This document shows positions 57,501 through 64,000 of a stretch of 64,000 nt of DNA, one piece after another (the first letter of the stretch is position 1; the number at the start of each line of letters is the position of its first letter). The notes under the pieces are model-generated. The model had not been told where the DNA came from, did no database searches, and saw only the letters and a list, made by a program, of their open reading frames with translations. Source of the stretch: Amphiscolops sp. MND2022 (taxonomy: Eukaryota); assembly GCA_964187785.1 (NCBI GenBank), contig OZ076413.1:54374001-54438000 (forward strand), in the 5' to 3' direction. The translations under genes and the position numbers were made by a program.

Positions 57501-59047
57501 GTATTGCATCCATAACAGTAAAACTGCAGGTCATATAGGTATTACGAAGACTGCCCAAATTTTCAGACAAAAGTTTTGTTTTCCGAATTTTGTAGAATTT
57601 TTCACAAACTATATACAGAATTGTTCTTCGTGCTTACAAGTTAAACCTGTGAAACACGCCACATTAAAGCCTCCGCTTTTGACTTTAGCTGTGGCTCAGC
57701 ATTTCCCCGGAGATCTACTTCAAATAGATTTTGTCGGGAAAGTGCCTGACACCGGTGGTTTCACACATATTTTGACTGCTAAAGATGTTTTCTCGAAATA
57801 CCTTTTTGCAATACCCTTACGAAATGCAAGTGCTCCTAATGTCGCTAAACATCTCTTTCACCTTTTTATGCGAAATTCATACATTCCGAAAACCGTTTTG
57901 TCAGATATGGGAACAGATTTTACAGTCAAAGTAATGACAGAATTTTCTAAACTGCTTGAAATAATAGTGCAATACGCCACTGTTAAACATCCTCAAACAG
58001 TTGGCTCTGTCGAGCGCACGCATGCGTCTCTCACACAGTACCTCGGTATCTATGAAAGAAAACTGAAAAAGGATTGGCGCACTTACGTTGACTTAGCCAC
58101 GTTTGTTCATAACACCTCATACCATGTATCGATAGGTTGTACACCGACTTATCTTTTTCATGGCCGTGAACCAGTAAAACCATTAGATGTCCGTTTTAAT
58201 CTAAAAACCATCCAGAACCTTGAAACTAGATACGAATTTACCAGTTCAATGCAAGACCGAATGAATGTAGTGTTCTCTGCCGCACGTGACGCTACAATCA
58301 CCGCGTATAACAAATATCGTACATTTTATGTTAGAAAAGCTAATGCTGCACAGTTGTCAAAACACCGATATTGTCTTTTTTTGAATCCCAAACTTGCTAA
58401 AGTCAATGATCACATGGGTAAAGCGCTTACTAGCTCACTAAATGGATCCCCCTTTACCGATTAGAGCAAGTACTAACCAATTCCAACTACATTGTACGAA
58501 ACGTCGGTACAAATTACACTCAATGTGTTCATCGTATAAGACTGAGACCCATCACCCCGCAATATCAAATTGAAGGTTTGGCCCATGTACACCCCAATAA
58601 TTTTGTCCCTGACCCGTCGACTCCACATACGTCAGAACCATCCCTTTTTGACAGTACTCTACCCGATCTTCTAACTGATAAGTCTTTTATGCCTACTGAC
58701 GAAGTAGATGATTCTCCGAGTGTGTTGTTTTATTACACTCCGCGCCGTGTAGCATCCTTAGCTGCACCCATCGTCCCTCCTCTTCACCATCAGCCCCCCG
58801 CTGACCCCCTATACCTCAGGATCCACCTCAGGATGACAACAACGAACTTCCTGTTAACCCGACCTTCACTTTGGACGATGTCATTTTGGACACTGGCTCC
58901 GGTGATAATAATGCTCAAAATAGTTCATCTGATGAAAATTCCGATGCTTTTGTGGTTTCTCGAGCATCTCTAGACCCTAATGAACCTTCTACTAGTACCC
59001 CGTTCAGATCTAGGACACCTTCCCGTATTTATTCTTCGTCAGACTAG
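54552..59047 (+). pseudogene. pol: pol (PR, RT, RH, IN), heavily frameshifted
   Basis: EALIDT (54696); YSSPIF; QYVDD (56205); ILTDVS; HNSKTAGHIG...CSSC; QIDF, LSDMG, VERTH. Confidence 0.9.
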
Positions 59048-59972
59048 AGTTTTTCGAATTCAACATTTTTGGGTTTTGATAGTCCAACCATGTCGCGAGA
59101 GTCGCTTTGCAGAACTTCTTTAATTCGACGTTCTTCGCAACTTCCATGGCCGCCACTTGTATGCACCGACACTTCTTGGCCTCATTTGTGCTATGACGAT
59201 CTGCATATAACATCCGATTTGGTCACTTAAATCTTTTTCACCCATATTACTAGTTTTCTTTTGTACCTTTGATACTCTTCTTACCGGACTTTCGTCCGAC
59301 CAGAAGATAGTAGATGGAGGAGAAGAAACATTCCCCCCCACCTCCGCTAGTTTTCCTACAGGCTTTCATTCGTGGACTTTCTAACTCCATCGTGTCCTCC
59401 TCTGTTCTTGAAGATGTAACTTCTTCCCACTGACAGGTGTTGTTGAATTTTGCGCACAGCTCAATTCTTCTTCCAACTGTCACTGGTACAACTCTCTCTC
59501 AAAGTCTTGCGACCCCCGAGAAAAAACAGCGTTGACAACTCCGGAGAAAACTGGTAATGTTCATGTACCCCTTAGTTTCATGTATCCTATATGAATTTTG
59601 TTCAAAATTCGTTACTTCTGACTAACTCGTCCACTAGAGCTCCTAGCCCCCCCCGAGACTGACTGGATATCCAAAGCCCGCGTTTGATAGCGCTCCCACA
59701 AGGGCTTTCTTTTCCGTCAGGTGCCTACCCAGAAGCCCCAGATGACGTTCATAGAGACAGTCGTCTACTTGTTGTGGGGTAGAGATCACCTTCGGGTCCT
59801 CCTTTGACCTTCCCTTGCAAAGCAACTTACCATCCTTCAGGCTTATGGATTCACAGACACGTCGGAAAGTTTTCCTTTTTTCTGCTGTCGCCAGAACAGT
59901 ATCATTGACCTCCTGTGTCTCGAGATACTTCATAATAGCTTCTCGTGGATACATATCCATGATTTGATGCAA
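59010..59972 (-). pseudogene. Antisense ORF resembling an integrase N-terminal H2C2 zinc-binding domain
   Basis: AIMKYL...KRKTFRRVCESISLKDGKL...RHLGLLGRH, followed in shifted frames by VDELVRSNEF and ITSFLRSCQRC; no DDE core seen. Confidence 0.4.
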
Positions 59973-60239
59973 AGCCTAAATAATTAGCAAACATTGATGC
60001 ACAACATGCCTTAATTGAACTCTTACTACTCAACTCTATAGAAAAGACTCTATCACACGAAAAATTCTAGTTTCGTGACTTTACACTGTAAACTTTTAAA
60101 CTTAGCTATCGTAGACACAAAAAATCGTATGAAATAAACACAAAACAAAAAAAAGAAGCAACCAAAATGTAAATCACCACTCAATACATTCTCTACATGT
60201 ACTGTTAGACACTTTGTTTGGTTTAGCACTGATTTTCGT

Positions 60240-60330
60240 TTTTTCTTTGACTGACTGACTGATTTTTTTTCTTCTTTTTCTCTGACTGATTTTTTTCTTC
60301 TTTTTTTCTCTGACTGATTTTCTCTTTTTT
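60240..60330. repeat. Short tandem TTTTCTTCTTTTTCTCTGACTGA-type repeat
   Basis: About 3 imperfect units downstream of the antisense TM ORF. Confidence 0.6.
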
Positions 60331-60400
60331 TTGTCTCATTATCTTCATTTATGGTACTGACTTTCTTTCACTACAACACTGAATTCCATCATCTTGACTT

Positions 60401-60688
60401 TTACTGCTGACGCCGAAACTTTTGATAGACTTTATATAGATTGTAACATAGTAGCAAACCGATCATCAATATGATGACACCACCCACCAGGACTGCCTCT
60501 GTATCTACTTTTGACTGCTGACTGACCATAATAGGAGGGCACCTGCTGTCCCTTCTTCTTTGGAATGAGATCATACGGTCTCCATCTTTAGTATAAGTCC
60601 CTTCAGCACAACACAACAACACATACTTTAGAAAAGTCAAAATGTCACACATTTTGACCTCACTTGACAAACACTTGATTTCTGACAA
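60401..60688 (-). CDS. Antisense small single-pass membrane protein (95 aa)
   Basis: Hydrophobic Cys-rich N-segment (ILTFLKYVLLCCAEG), TM AVLVGGVIILMIGLLLCYNLY, basic tail KVYQKFRR; the frame is uninterrupted. Confidence 0.5.
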   Translation of the reverse strand: MSEIKCLSSEVKMCDILTFLKYVLLCCAEGTYTKDGDRMISFQRRRDSRCPPIMVSQQSKVDTEAVLVGGVIILMIGLLLCYNLYKVYQKFRRQQ

Positions 60689-61116
60689 ATTGTTGACTTG
60701 ACTGATAGACTGGAGTGTTTAGCAAAAACTTTTGATAGTAGATGACTTCCTTTTAGATTAGTTGTACCAATAAACAATACTCGATAAAAACATCAAACAT
60801 GTGCACTTACTTGTGAAACTACGACTGGATACTCAAACACTCAAATAAAGCAGGAAGCACAAAGTAAGATATTCGCAAGATTCGAAAACGACTATTCGTG
60901 ATTAAAGCAAATTAGCAAATGTTTAGCATAAACACCCAAACGACCGCACTTTCTTGCCTCCGGATATGAATAAGACCACCCTTCATTCCTCTGCGAATCC
61001 TGACCGAAAACAGTACTCCTTCATTTTAAAATTTATTCAAGTTAAAACACCTCTTCCAAATTTGTATAAAATAACATAACATCAATTTGATCATCGTCAA
61101 TCTCCATCACGCCACC

Positions 61117-63377
61117 ATGGACTTTCGTCTTTTGATCTTTCAACTTTTTGTCTCTCTTCTTCTTATGTCAATGGTGCGTCTACAATTCCCGGTGTTGCCA
61201 TATGACACCTCTGATGGCCCCCTCAAAAAGGGCATCATCTTTAATGAGGACAAAAAGATTCTTCTTGCCGAGAATTTCGTAAACGTACAATTTCTTTCAC
61301 CATTTTCTATGTTTGACGTTCAAATTCAAAAGGACTTGACTCATTTAACAACTGTTTTGGACACACTGTTTCAAATGCCCACTTAGAATTGCAATTTAAA
61401 CTTTACGAATCTCGAAATGACTTGATTCATTGTTGACTGGCTTATGAAGGAAGTCCAGAACGAAGTTGACGCTGCAACCTCTGAACTGCGCTTGATGCAA
61501 CAGGAGACTGCCTCTTTCCTACAGCTCATTTCTCCAGACTCTGCTGCTTGCACGAAAAGAGCTTTTCCAGTTGCTGCTGCCGCTTTAGGAGCAATTGGCC
61601 TCTTCGGAGCCGGCATCACTATGGGTCCAGGCAGTTGCGGACTCAGTGGCATCTTTGGCAGCTGTCAATCTGACAAGAACTCTGCAAATATTGATCGTCT
61701 TTTCGACATTGCCTCTTCCTTATCTGAAAATGTACAAGAACTCAACGAAGAAACGAATGATAAATTCTACATTGTAAGTCAGGAACTCCACAAACTACAT
61801 GACTTGCAAAGCAAAGTCAGATGCGTGAGATTCAAAACTCAAACTGGAAGACAATTTCTGATCCAATGGAAACTTTCAGACAGGACATACACTTAATGCG
61901 ATCAATTGTTATATTCACGACAGCAAATTAACTTCAATTTTGATACAGTTTCTTCTCTGATGTCGTTGTTTTATTCAAATCTCAAGAGTTACCGAGCTGC
62001 TCTTTTTGCTTACCGAATTAATTCGTTGAATAGCATTCCAGCGCTCCTTAACAAGTATGTTCCGATGTCGTTGCTTAGTAAGGATTCCTTGGAAGTCGAC
62101 CTTAATAAGGTCGCTCTACAGCAGATTCGTGCTTTGGATCGTTTGACTTTGGCGATCTCTCTCCAAGAAATCCTCTCGTACGATGAAGCACGTCTCTTGC
62201 AGGATGTCTTTACTTTGCCGCTTGAGTTAATGCTTACAATGTCCATTCCTTGGCTTCTCGCAGAGCAGTCATGACGACCTACCAGGCGATCCCCCTTCCC
62301 ATGCCACAAGTGGATGACGTTGAAGCTCTCCAATGGAAAGTCGAGTCTGATTACCTGGCTGTTTCCGAAGACGGCCGCGAGACGGCCCTCATTTCACGAG
62401 CCCAGATGGATTTTTGCAATGGTTCGTCACGATATAGCATTTGCCATGAGGGTTTGGCCACTGAAGGCAACCAATCTTCTTGCTTGAGTTTGTTTTTTTT
62501 TGGAAATTTAGTCCAAGCAATGAGGGTTTGGGACGTTCGCCCTGTTACGTTGCCCATTAAAGAACGTGCAGTCAATCTGAAGTACGGCATTTGGTTAATC
62601 ACTGCAGCTTCAGATGACTACACATTGACTGAATCCTTCATGAATTCGTCGACTCCGATTGGATCTTCCAGCTTCCCTGGTTGCCGAATCTGCGTTGTCA
62701 CCTTGGCATATGGTAAACAGATTTCTGGCCCGAATATTCGCATACGCTCAGATCTCCAGAGCTGTTCGAAGATCCCTGCGACCATTTTGAATGTCGACCT
62801 TCCGATACCGCTGTCACATGTTCTAACTGCGCTCCCTTCCATCGACGAATTGCCCATGTATGCAACCAAAAGCCAGGCAAATACTGCACTCCTGAAATCG
62901 AACAAAGATGTTATCAAGTATGTGTCACACGCTTTAACGAAAGACGACGACACCCTTCATCATATAGCAAAACCCGTCGCACTCAAAATGACTCATATGA
63001 AAAATATGTATACTGAAAAATCTAATTCTTCTGCTAATTTTCGACTTACCATAATAATGGGCATTGTTTGCTTTTTCATTTCCATGGCGCTTCATATTCT
63101 TTTCACGTTTCTTTATTTTCGATATGCCCCTCTTCGTCGCTTATTTTCTTTCACTCATTTCGACAAAACCACTCAGCCTGAGAAGAAAATTGAATTGCGC
63201 CCTCTGCTTACTATCCCTGACTGTCCCCGCAGCCCATGCTTCTACGAAACTCCATCCTCGCACTGTGGTTCCTCAACACTCCTCTCCTTCCACTTCCAGA
63301 CGACAACGTTCGCTGTTGCCTTATCCTCGATCACCACCAGCGCCAGTTTTACGTCAAAACCCATACTCTACAATTGA
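61117..63377 (+). pseudogene. env: env, class I fusion (baculovirus-F/errantivirus-like) glycoprotein
   Basis: GCCACCATGG start; signal peptide; TKR|AFPVAAAALGAIGLFGAG cleavage site plus fusion peptide (61561); heptad region; Cys-rich DYLAVS...FC...IC segment; TM IIMGIVCFFISMALHILFTFLYF. Several frameshifts and stops. Confidence 0.8.
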
Positions 63378-64000
63378 CGAAAAGGTCTATAAACTTTAAA
63401 CAATAAACCCCCCTTTTTTGTTTTACGATCTTCCCTGAGAAGTTCACACCCACTTTTGGGACTAATGATAGTGCTGTGATCGCAACTTTCATAAGTTTTT
63501 CAGATTCCTATATGCAAAACTTTCATCCAGGACTTTCATTTTGATTAGAAGAGACCTTTGCTTCTTTTCTAATTACGTCATTTTTGATATGCAGATACCA
63601 GCTTTCTTCCATTTTTCTTTCTGACTATAATCCTTTCCATCATACTCTTCATCAAACGTTTCTGTGCTTACATTCTGTGATATTTCCACCGTTACACTGT
63701 TTTCTCTTGTGCAGATTCCTTTATTTGTTACTGTATCTAAAGGCCTCTGTTTTCTGTTCAAGATCATTGCTCTTTGCTCACTCATAACCCCTTTCTGTTC
63801 TGTAACTTCCTCGACATTTCTTTGAAATTTCGATGACTTTGCTTTTCTTTTCACCATATTATCCAGCCTATTCTGTAAAGTGTCTGCTATTTTCTACATT
63901 ATATTGGCTCTTGCGTTAACCAATAAGATCAGTCCGCTTTCTCAATAAATTTTTTTGGACTGTTCTCTGTCTTCCTTTTTCAATCAGCCTGCTGCCTTTT

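Larger units (their letters stand above)
52807..63377 (+). mobile_element. Decayed env-bearing gypsy (errantivirus-like) element; 3' LTR not seen
   Basis: Putative 5' LTR 52807-53154 (CGTCAT...ATGACA; the start is uncertain), PBS TGGTGACAGGAG at 53155, gag, pol, env. Confidence 0.85.

Overview
AT-rich, repeat-dense metazoan genomic DNA. It is probably a marine invertebrate; the repeat style suggests an acoel, but that is an impression, not evidence. I found no prokaryotic features, rRNA, tRNA or CRISPR arrays. One host gene could be assembled by hand: a Neto-like type I membrane protein (signal peptide, CUB, CUB, LDLa-like, TM, tail) on the minus strand, 11 exons from 48430 to 19399. Its 18.5-kb fifth intron holds a complete 15.7-kb Ty3/gypsy element (25535-41195) with 1741-bp LTRs and a GATGA target-site duplication (TSD). 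This element is unusual in four ways: (1) its LTRs carry about 196 codons of gag; (2) a 3' ORF runs into U3; (3) no polypurine tract (PPT) is visible; (4) an antisense ~1200-codon, apparently catalytically dead hAT-transposase-like gene lies between pol and the 3' LTR. A solo LTR of a sister family (10985-12717, TSD CTGCC) keeps the same coding LTR ends. A second, decayed gypsy element (52807-63377) has gag-pol, a class I fusion (F-like) env, and two antisense ORFs: an integrase zinc-finger-like ORF and a small FAST-like membrane protein. The rest is a 1484-bp tandem duplication, Tc1, hAT, Helentron-like and MITE remnants, small solo LTRs, satellites, and one 200-N assembly gap. All family assignments come from motif recognition by eye; no database search was run.
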